Shown here in pieces: positions 55,164-64,000 of a stretch of 64,000 nucleotides of DNA. Under the pieces are notes generated by a model that was not told the DNA's origin, did not search any database, and worked only from the letters and a program-made list of their open reading frames with translations. This DNA is from Synechococcus sp. (GTDB lineage Bacteria; Cyanobacteriota; Cyanobacteriia; Thermostichales; PCC-7336): assembly GCA_051439605.1 (NCBI GenBank), contig JBFRWN010000098.1:51189-115188 (forward strand), read 5' to 3'. How positions within the stretch are numbered: position 1 is the stretch's first letter; every line of letters starts with the position of its first letter. Made by a program: the position numbers and the translations under genes.

Positions 55164-56417
55164 CTAAGCAGCCTGTAAAGACAGAGCGGCGAACGGTTGG
55201 AACAGCTCGAAATCCGTGCTGTGAATTGCCTGCTTTCCTAGACCAACAGAAACATGCATGCTGCAAGCCTGGGGGTCGAAAACCACGCTGTGTAACGTGC
55301 CCTGGTTATTGACCACTCCTGGAGTATGCCAGGCATCGCGTTCGCCCAACGGATACTCCGGTGTAATTTCGCGGTCGGTCATCGCTGCAATGATATCTGG
55401 CACCGACAGCGCTGATTGACTTGCTTGACTCCACTGGAACAGACGACTGTAGCGAGATTGAGAACCAGGGGCAGTGACCCGGTGGTAAAGATCTGTATGG
55501 GTTTCAGCCAAGTCAGGGTCGAGAAAATGATTGCTCATCGCCATCGGCCCCTCGCCAAGATGGGTAATACGATGGCGAGCACTGGTAAATTCGAGCCGTG
55601 CGGCGGAGCAAGCATCCGCCAACATCAAGTTATTCCCTTGGGCCGGAACATTCTTCTCAAACTGGGCGATCGCGTCAGCAACTGTAGACGCGCGATCGAG
55701 CATTAGGCGATATAGGAAGGAGCATCCCAAACCATTCCAGTTTTGCTCGGAACTTTGAGAAGTCATCGACCCCAAGCTGAGGCCGTGGTGATTCATACCG
55801 GTGAGGACACCCACCTGTCCGGCAACTGTGACGCTGGCGGTGGCAGGCGCGTTATCTGGCTGCCGTACCACGATCGCCTGAAAGTGCCGAACTAAATCCC
55901 CCACTTCACCGTTGTAGTCTAAGTTGCGCCCCATCAAGGCGCGATTTCCTCCCCCCCTGGCACTCACCGTTGAGCAGGAGTAAGCCAATCCCAGCTCCAG
56001 CAAGTTGAGGATGTCATCAAAAAAATTAATCAGCAGCACGGAGGAGAGTGGAATTCCGGCCCCATCTGCAATCCCCTGCAGCTCCGCCTGGTACCGCATC
56101 GGTACCGCCTTGAACAGGTGAAACAGGCGACTAGGAGCAATGTAGTTGTAAAACAGGCTGGCTGGCCCTTGGGCAAATTGCTCGAAAAAGCCCGCCGTCA
56201 GAGCCTGAATTTCCCGTTGGAGGATGCGTCCCTGTTGATATCCTATGGTGTAATCAGACCCACGCAGATAAAGCACCGGTAGCTCCCAACGCTTTGACTG
56301 CAGGCGATCGACTCTGGCTAAATCTTCACCCGTTTCTGACATCGAGAAAGAGGGTAGTTTGGGAGGAGACGCCGATGGCGATCGCACAATATTCCATAGG
56401 ATGGGCCACACAGCCAT
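55164..56417 (-). CDS. C45-family Ntn hydrolase/acyltransferase
   Basis: ELQGIADG, CST nucleophile, GRNLDY, GMNHHGL, SNHF, SRY.RL. Confidence 0.82.
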   Translation of the reverse strand: MAVWPILWNIVRSPSASPPKLPSFSMSETGEDLARVDRLQSKRWELPVLYLRGSDYTIGYQQGRILQREIQALTAGFFEQFAQGPASLFYNYIAPSRLFHLFKAVPMRYQAELQGIADGAGIPLSSVLLINFFDDILNLLELGLAYSCSTVSARGGGNRALMGRNLDYNGEVGDLVRHFQAIVVRQPDNAPATASVTVAGQVGVLTGMNHHGLSLGSMTSQSSEQNWNGLGCSFLYRLMLDRASTVADAIAQFEKNVPAQGNNLMLADACSAARLEFTSARHRITHLGEGPMAMSNHFLDPDLAETHTDLYHRVTAPGSQSRYSRLFQWSQASQSALSVPDIIAAMTDREITPEYPLGERDAWHTPGVVNNQGTLHSVVFDPQACSMHVSVGLGKQAIHSTDFELFQPFAALSLQAA

Positions 56418-56513
56418 AGACTGGGTCTCCTAGCACTAGAGGGAGTAACCTAGGCACCACTGTAACGGGAAATCCCTGCCACGCGATCGCGATCTTGCTA
56501 TCCAAAGGTTCGA

Positions 56514-57371
56514 CTAAGGAGACAGACGAGCTTTACCCCACCGATTTTGCACGTACCACGCAGAGATATTCGGGCACCAATCCTGAAAATGGGGCAGCAT
56601 CAGCTCGCACATCTGGCGAATTTCCCCCTGCGCATCTGCCTTGGCGCGTAAATCCAGAAAATGCATCAGGCTGCGGCAGTTGAACGAAACCACAAAATGC
56701 TGGCGAATACCGTATCCCACAACGTTTCTGGCATCTTCGTAGGGCACGTTGCATTCGTTCACCAAACGGTGATAGGCGATCGCCTGGCTGCGATATTGTT
56801 CTAAAACAATCTGCAGCGCTTTGGGGTCCACCGGCACCATCCCCTGACGGGTTTTCGCGCGACCCTCCTTGATGGTCTGGGGGATGTAAAACAACTCTTC
56901 GATCGCCGCGCGATCGCCCTCCGTCCCCTGCTGCAACACTTCACCCAGATCCGACACCTGCGCGCCCGTATAGCGGAAGCTTTGTACGTCAAAGCTGACC
57001 CCAACCCGGTGGGTGCGGGCCTGCTGCATCACAGTGTGGGGAAAATGCCCCACTGCTAACGTAATTTGAGGATGCTCTAGAGGACCGTAATGACCGCGAT
57101 TCCCCTCCAGCAACCGTCGCACAACCACCTCCCCATAGTTCTCGGGCAAGTGCGAGGTGGGGTTGATGTATTCTGAGGAATAATCTTGGTGCATGGCCTG
57201 ATACATCACCCGTTCGGGGTCAGGGGTGCGGTTGAGTACCGTGACCTGAAACTTCGCATCGACCAGATGCGCATCGAGAGTATCGGAATTGAGATCGTTA
57301 CCATTGGGGGATGGATCCACGTGCACGGACTGCATCGATCTCACCTCATCGCTGGGACTGAACATAAGCAA
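56514..57371 (-). CDS. thyX: FAD-dependent thymidylate synthase
   Basis: GHYGPLEH, QARTHRVGVSFDVQSFRY, EDAR, HFLDLRAKADAQ.EIR. Confidence 0.92.
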   Translation of the reverse strand: MLMFSPSDEVRSMQSVHVDPSPNGNDLNSDTLDAHLVDAKFQVTVLNRTPDPERVMYQAMHQDYSSEYINPTSHLPENYGEVVVRRLLEGNRGHYGPLEHPQITLAVGHFPHTVMQQARTHRVGVSFDVQSFRYTGAQVSDLGEVLQQGTEGDRAAIEELFYIPQTIKEGRAKTRQGMVPVDPKALQIVLEQYRSQAIAYHRLVNECNVPYEDARNVVGYGIRQHFVVSFNCRSLMHFLDLRAKADAQGEIRQMCELMLPHFQDWCPNISAWYVQNRWGKARLSP

Positions 57372-57531
57372 ATTGTCTTCTGGTTTCTAACAGAGGGTGG
57401 ATTTCCTTAGAAAGACTGCAGGATACAAAATAGGTTTTGCGAGCATTCCAAAAGTTTTCCGGGTTGGGAACCTAGCATAAACAGCTGTAAAACAGCCTTT
57501 ATGATGACAAGCGTTCTGCACTGACGAGATT

Positions 57532-58689
57532 GTGAGTCGATCGCATTCTTCACAGCATCCAGTTATGCTCGCTGCACAGCAAGATTTGCCCCATACCACC
57601 ATGCGGCAGCAATTGCTGCACTGGTACGACCGCGAAGGGCGATCGCTTCCTTGGCGAGAAACGGACGATCCTTATGCCATTTGGGTCTCGGAAATCATGC
57701 TGCAGCAAACGCAGGTGAAAACAGTGCTGCCCTATTACCACCGCTGGCTGGATGCCTTTCCTACCATTTTCGATTTAGCGACAGCCCCCCGCGATCGCGT
57801 CCTCAAGCAATGGGAGGGTTTAGGCTATTACAGCCGCGCCCGCAACTTTCACCGCGCCGCACAGATGGTGATGGAACGATATGACGGTCGTTTCCCCGAC
57901 ACCCTTGAAGCGGCAGTCTCCCTGCCCGGCATCGGCCGCACCACCGCAGGTGGTATCCTCAGTGCGGCCTTCAATCAACCAGCCGCAATTCTAGACGGCA
58001 ACGTCAAGCGGGTACTGGCTCGACTCATCGTTCTCCCCAAACCACCCGCCAAAGCTCTAAAGCAACTGTGGCAGCTATCGGAGTCACTCCTAGATCCAGA
58101 CAACTCGCGGGACTACAACCAAGCCCTACTTGATTTGGGGGCTACCCTCTGCCGTCCCCGCCAGCCGGATTGCCCCCGCTGCCCCTGGCAAGCCCACTGC
58201 ACTGCTTTTAACACCCTCCAGCAACATCAATTCCCCATGAAATCCCCCAAAACTCAGCGTCCTCACAAGCAAATTGCGATCGCCATTGTTGTGCGGCAAT
58301 CTCCAAACAGTCCGGGAAGGAATGGCGGGGTAGAACTATTAATCGATCGGCGTCCTGAAGAGGGAATGTTGGGGGGGCTGTGGGAATTTCCCGGTGGGAA
58401 AATCGAGGTTGGTGAAACCGCAGCAGAATGTGCAGTACGTGAGGTGAAAGAAGAAGTGGGACTGGACGTGGAGATGCTGGCTTCCCTTGGCGCAGTGGAC
58501 CATGCCTACACGCATTTTTCGGTCACCTTGAACGCTTATATTTGCCGCTACATGGATGGAGTCCCTCAACCTCTAGAAGTCGCTGACGTCCGCTGGGTAT
58601 CGTTCGAGCAACTCAAGGACTATGCATTTCCGGTGGCTAACCAAAAAATCTTTCCACTGCTCGAACAGTGGCTCAAGCAGTCGGCATAA
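57532..58689 (+). CDS. mutY: A/G-specific adenine glycosylase with C-terminal Nudix domain
   Basis: WVSEIMLQQTQV, GLGYYSRARN, LPGIGRTTA, DGNV, C..RQPDC..CP....C FeS motif. Confidence 0.95.
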   Translation: MSRSHSSQHPVMLAAQQDLPHTTMRQQLLHWYDREGRSLPWRETDDPYAIWVSEIMLQQTQVKTVLPYYHRWLDAFPTIFDLATAPRDRVLKQWEGLGYYSRARNFHRAAQMVMERYDGRFPDTLEAAVSLPGIGRTTAGGILSAAFNQPAAILDGNVKRVLARLIVLPKPPAKALKQLWQLSESLLDPDNSRDYNQALLDLGATLCRPRQPDCPRCPWQAHCTAFNTLQQHQFPMKSPKTQRPHKQIAIAIVVRQSPNSPGRNGGVELLIDRRPEEGMLGGLWEFPGGKIEVGETAAECAVREVKEEVGLDVEMLASLGAVDHAYTHFSVTLNAYICRYMDGVPQPLEVADVRWVSFEQLKDYAFPVANQKIFPLLEQWLKQSA

Positions 58690-58725
58690 TTCACGGCTAA
58701 AACTTGTTGTGCAGCAAGTTCTCAG

Positions 58726-59304
58726 GTGATTGCACCAATGGCTAGTTGGCAACAGTTCTCGTCTATGGGTATGGCGTTGTTAACTTGGCTGGGGATAGCA
58801 TTAGCGGCAATCGCCATTGCAATACCTGTCTGGCGCAACCATCGCCTAGCTACGCCTTCCTGGCCCGCTCTCCTGCAAGACATTCGCCAAGCATTTCCTG
58901 ATGTCCAACACATCACCACCAGCGAACTTGCAGAGTGGTTGGCCAGCGATCGCCCACCCATTCTGTTGGATATCCGCATGCCTGAGGAATATGCCATCAG
59001 TGCTATCCCCACTGCACAGCTCGCTACCACCGTCGAAGATGCATTAGCTCTGCTGCACGCAACGCCCAGAGGTCAGGAAATTGTGGTGTATTGCTCGGTT
59101 GGCTATCGATCTTCGGCAGTGGCAGAAGGTTTACAGGCCGCAGGCTTTCAAGAGGTTTACAACCTAGAAGGCTCAATATTTACATGGGCTAACGAAAACC
59201 GCAGGCTGGTGCGCAACGGGGCAGCAACCGAAGAAGTCCACCCCTTCAACCGACGCTGGGGACAATTATTAGATCGCAGCCTCTGGCCTAGAACTGGTTG
59301 GTAG
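58726..59304 (+). CDS. Rhodanese-like protein with N-terminal TM
   Basis: LLDIR..EEY, VVYCSVGYRS, NLEGSIFTWAN. Confidence 0.85.
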   Translation: MIAPMASWQQFSSMGMALLTWLGIALAAIAIAIPVWRNHRLATPSWPALLQDIRQAFPDVQHITTSELAEWLASDRPPILLDIRMPEEYAISAIPTAQLATTVEDALALLHATPRGQEIVVYCSVGYRSSAVAEGLQAAGFQEVYNLEGSIFTWANENRRLVRNGAATEEVHPFNRRWGQLLDRSLWPRTGW

Positions 59305-59486
59305 CAGCCTATCTTCCTCTAGCGTTACCCCTGCTAATTCCAGAGGGAGAAAATCCGTTCAAGATAGGCCAACCTCTCGTCAGGAATAGCAAGCTTAATC
59401 GGCCGCCGTATCAACCCAGTTGGAGCTGAACTCGATACAGTAGTCCTTAATCTGAGAGAAACCAAGTAAGGTTAAGCGTTTCCGTC

Positions 59487-60653
59487 ATGGCATCAGTTCG
59501 GCTGGCAGGCATTCAAAAACAGTTTGGAGAGACTACAGCTCTTCATTCCATTGATTTAGAGATTCGCGATCGCGAGTTTATGGTGTTGGTTGGCCCCTCT
59601 GGCTGTGGAAAAAGTACGCTGTTACGCATCGTTGCGGGCCTTGAGTTCCCCACGTCAGGGGAAATTTCCATTGGCGATCGCCCTGTCACCCATCTGCCCC
59701 CCAAGCAGCGGGATATCGCGATGGTGTTTCAGAATTACGCTTTGTATCCTCACCTCAGCGTTTACCACAACCTCGCCTTCGGACTGCGCCGTCAAGGTCG
59801 CCGCCCCCTCAATCCCTTTTCAATTCACAAACGCAAACGGGACAAAATCATCGATGAACGGGTGCGAGATATTGCTCAGCAGCTGCAACTCAGCAATTAC
59901 CTGCACCGCAAGCCAAAAGAACTCTCTGGGGGACAAAAACAGCGGGTAGCCTTGGGGCGAGCCATGGCTCGCAATCCGCAGGTATTTTTACTGGACGAAC
60001 CTCTTTCTAATCTTGATGCGCAACTGCGGGTGGAAACTCGATCGCAAATCGTCCAGTTGCAGCGCCAATTAGGTACCACCGCCCTCTACGTCACTCACGA
60101 TCAGACCGAGGCCATGACCATGGGCGATCGCATTGTGGTGTTGCGCAACGGTTACCTGCAGCAGGTGGATACCCCCCTCAATCTCTATCGCCGACCCGCC
60201 AATCAATTTGTGGCTCAGTTCATCGGTTCCCCCCCGATGAACTTTTTACCCGTCACCCTCAATAGGGGTGGACAACTGACCGGTACCTATCTGAACGGGC
60301 CAATTCAACTGGGTGGAGTGAATTGGCAGAATCCCCCATCTGCACCCAACCAACCTCTGATATTAGGATTTCGGCCAGAGCGAGTGCTGCCCGCATCGAT
60401 CGATCGAGCTCATATTGTGGGGACAGTAGAGTTAGTCGAGGTTTTAGGAGCTCAAACTCTGGTGGTAACTCGCTCAGCAGATGGAACAACTGTACAGGTC
60501 AGCGTTGCGCCGGAACTGGGCTATCGCCCTGGCGAGCAGGTGGGCTGGCAGCTGGATAGCGATCGCCTGCATCTATTCGATCGCGAAACTGGAGCGGCGA
60601 TCGCTCATCCCAAGTTCCCGAACAGCTCCTCCGCTGCCCTCGGCTCCACCTAA
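59487..60653 (+). CDS. Carbohydrate ABC ATP-binding subunit (MalK/UgpC-like)
   Basis: GPSGCGKST, MVFQNYALYPH, LSGGQKQR, FIGSPPMN. Confidence 0.9.
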   Translation: MASVRLAGIQKQFGETTALHSIDLEIRDREFMVLVGPSGCGKSTLLRIVAGLEFPTSGEISIGDRPVTHLPPKQRDIAMVFQNYALYPHLSVYHNLAFGLRRQGRRPLNPFSIHKRKRDKIIDERVRDIAQQLQLSNYLHRKPKELSGGQKQRVALGRAMARNPQVFLLDEPLSNLDAQLRVETRSQIVQLQRQLGTTALYVTHDQTEAMTMGDRIVVLRNGYLQQVDTPLNLYRRPANQFVAQFIGSPPMNFLPVTLNRGGQLTGTYLNGPIQLGGVNWQNPPSAPNQPLILGFRPERVLPASIDRAHIVGTVELVEVLGAQTLVVTRSADGTTVQVSVAPELGYRPGEQVGWQLDSDRLHLFDRETGAAIAHPKFPNSSSAALGST

Positions 60654-60661
60654 GTTCGAGG

Positions 60662-61660
60662 GTGGAAGCGATGATTCCCAAGTTCTACATTCAACCCGAT
60701 AGCGACATTCCCGCATCTCAACAGCTAGCGGGTCAAATTGGTTTTGCAATCGCATCGAAGCAAGTTCTACCGGGCAGCCGCTTGCCCAGCACTCGACAGC
60801 TGGCAATGCAAACGGGCTTGCACCGCAATACCATCACCCGCGTCTACGCTCAGCTGGAAGCAGATGGGTTGATCGAGGCACGAGCAGGCTCGGGAATGTA
60901 TGTGCGCGAGGGGGGAGTCCATGGCTCTGCTGGAGCGAATCTGGAAGGAGATGGCGATCGTTGGACCGAGGCGCGGGGGACCGTGCGCAAGGCGATTGAT
61001 GGATTGAGTCAGTTGGGGTATTCGCTGGCTCAGATTCGCTCGTTGATGGCGGAGGCGATTGATTGGCGGGAACAGTGCGGGGCGCAGGCGATTGTCACAG
61101 TGCCGCTGGAGCAGGAGGGGGTGGGGCGGCTGCTAGAGTTCGAGCTGATGCAAGAGTTGGGGCTGGCGGTGCAGGCCATTGCGCTGGAGAACCTTCCTCC
61201 GGTGTTGGAGGAGAATCCGTCGGTGACGCTGCTGACAACTCGCTATTACTTGCAGGCGGTTGAGACGGTGGCGGCAAAGTATCGAGCCAGGGTGATTCCG
61301 ATTGATGTGAATGCGTACGAGCGGGAGTTGGAGGCGATCGCGGCACTCAGCCCTCACAGTTGCGTAGGGATGGTGTCGATTAGCCCGGAAGTACTGCAGG
61401 TGGCGAAGGTGGTTCTGACCAGTCTGCATGGGGACAGCTTGCTCGTGCTGTCGGCAACTCCAGATGATGGCATGCAGTTGAAGACGGTGGTGCGGCGGTC
61501 GGAGTTGATTGTGTGCGGGCGATCGAGTGTGGAGGTGGTGCAGGGGGTCGTGCGGGAGATGCGATCGCAGTTGATTCGCTTTCCAAAAATCCTGGTTTCA
61601 GATAGCTACATCAGCCAGGATTCGTTGTCGGTACTTGCTCGGGCTCTGGACTTAGATTGA
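60662..61660 (+). CDS. GntR-family regulator, cyanobacterial PlmA type
   Basis: F.IQPDSDIPASQQL...LPSTRQLAMQTGLHRNT...AGSG.YV. Confidence 0.85.
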   Translation: MEAMIPKFYIQPDSDIPASQQLAGQIGFAIASKQVLPGSRLPSTRQLAMQTGLHRNTITRVYAQLEADGLIEARAGSGMYVREGGVHGSAGANLEGDGDRWTEARGTVRKAIDGLSQLGYSLAQIRSLMAEAIDWREQCGAQAIVTVPLEQEGVGRLLEFELMQELGLAVQAIALENLPPVLEENPSVTLLTTRYYLQAVETVAAKYRARVIPIDVNAYERELEAIAALSPHSCVGMVSISPEVLQVAKVVLTSLHGDSLLVLSATPDDGMQLKTVVRRSELIVCGRSSVEVVQGVVREMRSQLIRFPKILVSDSYISQDSLSVLARALDLD

Positions 61661-61717
61661 ATGGCTAGCCCGAGTCTTCCAGAGGTATCTATCAAGGATT
61701 TCGGAGTGAGAAAGAAG

Positions 61718-61927
61718 GTGCGCGGAAACGAACACCTACTTTTGGACTGCAAGATTAATCCGCAGGGCTTCAATAAGGGCAATAGATCTTTGGGAGTTTG
61801 ATTGCTATGGGAAAGGATGAAGCGACCTAATCCACTGCAAATAGGTTGGTTTAGTGAGATGGGAGTAGCCCCCAATCCAGATCGTTTTTCGAAGTGGGTC
61901 TGGTAGCTTCTAAGGTGGTTGAGCCAC
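61718..61927 (-). pseudogene. intI: Integron integrase N-terminal (SAM-like) remnant with 2 stops and 2 frameshifts; catalytic domain absent
   Basis: Manual translation VAQPP*KLPDPLRKTIWIGGYSHLTKPTYLQWIR/RFILSHSNQTPKDL/IEALRINLAVQK*VFVSAH resembles the IntI N-terminus (KLLDQ.R..IR..HYS..TE..Y..WIRRFI.FH...HP.....IEAFL.HLAV...V..STQ); divergent from the cassette. Confidence 0.78.
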
Positions 61928-62154
61928 TGGTTGAAATATTCCAATCAATTTGGGCTGAAAGTTTATTTGGGTATTTTTGCCAGAACCAGAATTTGATGGG
62001 TTGATGTCCAGAGAAAATTCCTGAAATTTCGGGTTTATCCGACATATCGGAGGTGATATACAGAAATTAGTTTGGGATATAAATCTCTACATCGGGGTGA
62101 TGCCGAATCATTCGTGGTATTTACTCAAAATCAGTGTCTTATGCCGCAAGTTCC

Positions 62155-62174
62155 GTCTAAGTAAATAGTTGGTA
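62155..62174 (+). other. Candidate attI site
   Basis: Inverse-core-like GTCTAAG, 6-nt A/T spacer, then GTT (62168); about 240 bp upstream of the intI start. Confidence 0.5.
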
Positions 62175-62326
62175 TTTCATATGAAGGTGTTATACGGCCT
62201 GGAGATGTATAAAATGATCGACAAGCGTGTTATGCGGCCCTAAGACATATATCGCCGCAGAAAGGGGCACTATACGACTTGGAGCCCTTGAATAGTAGTT
62301 ATACCTAATTACCAAGGAAAGCAGAA

Positions 62327-63871
62327 TTGAACAATCCAAAGCTTTTTATATCCTATAGTTGGTCAAATCACGATCACGAGCAACTTGTGCTTCAGATAGC
62401 TACGGAACTGACTGAATCAGGCGTAGATGTAATTTTACTGAAGTTTTGACTATTTCAAAAAATACGCTACTAGTAGCGTCCCAATGTTAAAGTCAGCCAC
62501 TGCATATAGCGTCAAGTTTTATTTTGTTAAATCTCCAGAATTTTAGATAAATGGGATTTAAAAGAAGGACACGATGCCTATACATTCATGGAGAAGATGG
62601 TCAATGACCCTGAAATAGAAAAAGTGGCGATATTTTCAGATAAAACTTACACAAAAAAAGCAGACGGTAGAAGTGGAGGCGTAGGTACAGAAACACAAAT
62701 AATCTCTCGCGAAGTATATGAAAAGCAGGAGCAAGACAAGTTCGTTGTGGTTGTAACCGAAAGGGATGAGAGCGGAAAGGCTTATCTTCCTACATACTAT
62801 AAGTCGAGGATATATATAGATTTAAGTGAGCCTGACTCTTATGCAGATAATTTTGAGAAGCTATTAAGGTGGATATACAACAAACCACTTTACGTAAAAC
62901 CAGAAGTCGGCAAAAAACCTAGCTTTCTAGAAGAAAGCGAAACCGTATCGCTTGGTACCTCCTCAGCATTCAAAAGAGCTATAGATTCGATTAAGAATAA
63001 TAAATCTACAGCGTCAGGCTGCTTCGAGGAATACTTAAGCCTATTTTCAGAAAACCTAGAGCGTTTTCGAGTGCATGATGTGGAAGGTGAAATTGATGAT
63101 GCAATCACCGATAATATCGAAGCATTTATTCCAGCAAGAAATGAATATATTCAGCTAATTATTGCAGTTTCTCAATACAAACCAGTACCAGAATTTGCAG
63201 AAAGAATTCATCGATTTATCGAAAGCCTCATACCATATATGGAAAGGCCAGAACATATAACGTCCTATAATCGTTGGGAGTTCGATAACTACAAGTTTAT
63301 TGTTCACGAGCTGTTTTTATACACTCTCGCTGTATTTTTGAGATATGAGCATTTCGAAATGGCTTCTCCCCTTCTAATGCAGCAATATTTTGTCTCAGGT
63401 AGATCAGAGTATTGTAGGGATACAATGATCGGCTTTGAAAACATTCGGCAATACATGAAATCACTCGAGCATAGGAATAAACGCTTAGAAAAACGAAGGT
63501 TATCGCTTAGAGCTGATTTGCTAAAGGAACGCTGCCACGGAACAGGTATTGATTTTAGGTTTTTGATGCAGGCGGATTTCATTGCTTTTATGCGCGCGGA
63601 GATTTCTGCAAGCGATGGCTCCAGAAAATGGCGGCCTGAGACCCTTCTTTATCTTGGTGATTACGGGAGTTCTTTTGAAATTTTTGCTAGGGCAAAATCT
63701 AAAAAATACTTTGATCGAGTTAAAATTTTGTTGGGTATAGATTCTCCTACCGACCTTACTGAGATTTTGGAGTCCTATCAGCAAGACCGCAGAAGGCTTC
63801 CACACTGGGATTTTAACTCATTTAGCCCTTCTGCGTTATTGGGCTATGAAAGTTTAGCTACTTTGCCGTAA
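62327..63871 (+). pseudogene. TIR/SEFIR-domain protein (probable anti-phage cassette gene) interrupted by a MITE
   Basis: TTG start after AAGGA; MNNPKLFISYSWS..H...VL..A..L..SGVDVIL | DKWDLKEGHD..FMEKMV...KADGRSGGVGTETQIIS; removing 108 bp restores a 478-aa frame. Confidence 0.85.
62438..62538. mobile_element. 101-bp MITE with a 7-bp target-site duplication
   Basis: AATTTTA at 62431-62437 and 62539-62545; ends CTGAAGTTTTGAC vs reverse-complemented CTGGAGATTTAAC (10/13); internal palindrome ACGCTACTAGTAGCGT. Confidence 0.88.
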
Positions 63872-63879
63872 ACGGCATA

Positions 63880-64000
63880 ATCGGGATAGGGAGAATCCTC
63901 ACGAATCCCCCCTCCCACACCACCTGGCATGCGGGTCCGCACCAGGCGGTTCAGCATCACGGAGCAAACATTAATTTGACACCATCAAACGTATCCCTGG
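63880..64000 (-). mobile_element. 3' end (domains V-VI) of a class C group II intron, continuing beyond the window
   Basis: Minus strand reads GAACCGCCTGGTGCGGACCCGCATGCCAGGTGGTGTGGGAGG (short DV with CGC triad), then a DVI stem ending CCCTATCCCGAT. Confidence 0.9.

Noticed and set aside
61606..62045. ORF-track proteins of 112 aa and 64 aa
   Set aside because: Largely chance frames over the intI pseudogene and its upstream region; only RFILSHSNQTPKDL is in an IntI-like frame

Overview
Cyanobacterial chromosomal segment, shown by psbU, ndhCKJ, desB, a ycf49-like gene, a PlmA-type GntR and dense HIP1 GCGATCGC octamers. Most of it is housekeeping: lysA-cdaA-uppS, ruvX-DUF3727-mltG-yqeG, dnaG, gcvH, eno, apt, pilD, xth, corA, glgP, cbiB, recA, tsaE, der, thyX and mutY. 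Accessory elements are a complete IS630 element, an orphan PD-(D/E)XK nuclease-like gene, a HepA-like ABC exporter, and an AT-rich island (GT2, three PhyH/SyrB2-fold Fe/2OG oxygenase-like genes of which one has lost its metal ligands, and a sulfotransferase). The main result lies in the last 2.3 kb and is not visible in the ORF track. It is a decayed chromosomal integron with a frameshifted intI N-terminal remnant, a candidate attI followed by a run of short cassette-start stubs, and a TIR/SEFIR (probable anti-phage) cassette broken by a 101-bp MITE with a 7-bp duplication. A class C group II intron sits in antisense orientation exactly in the R'' box of that cassette's attC site. All calls were made by eye from sequence and motifs; no database searches were run.
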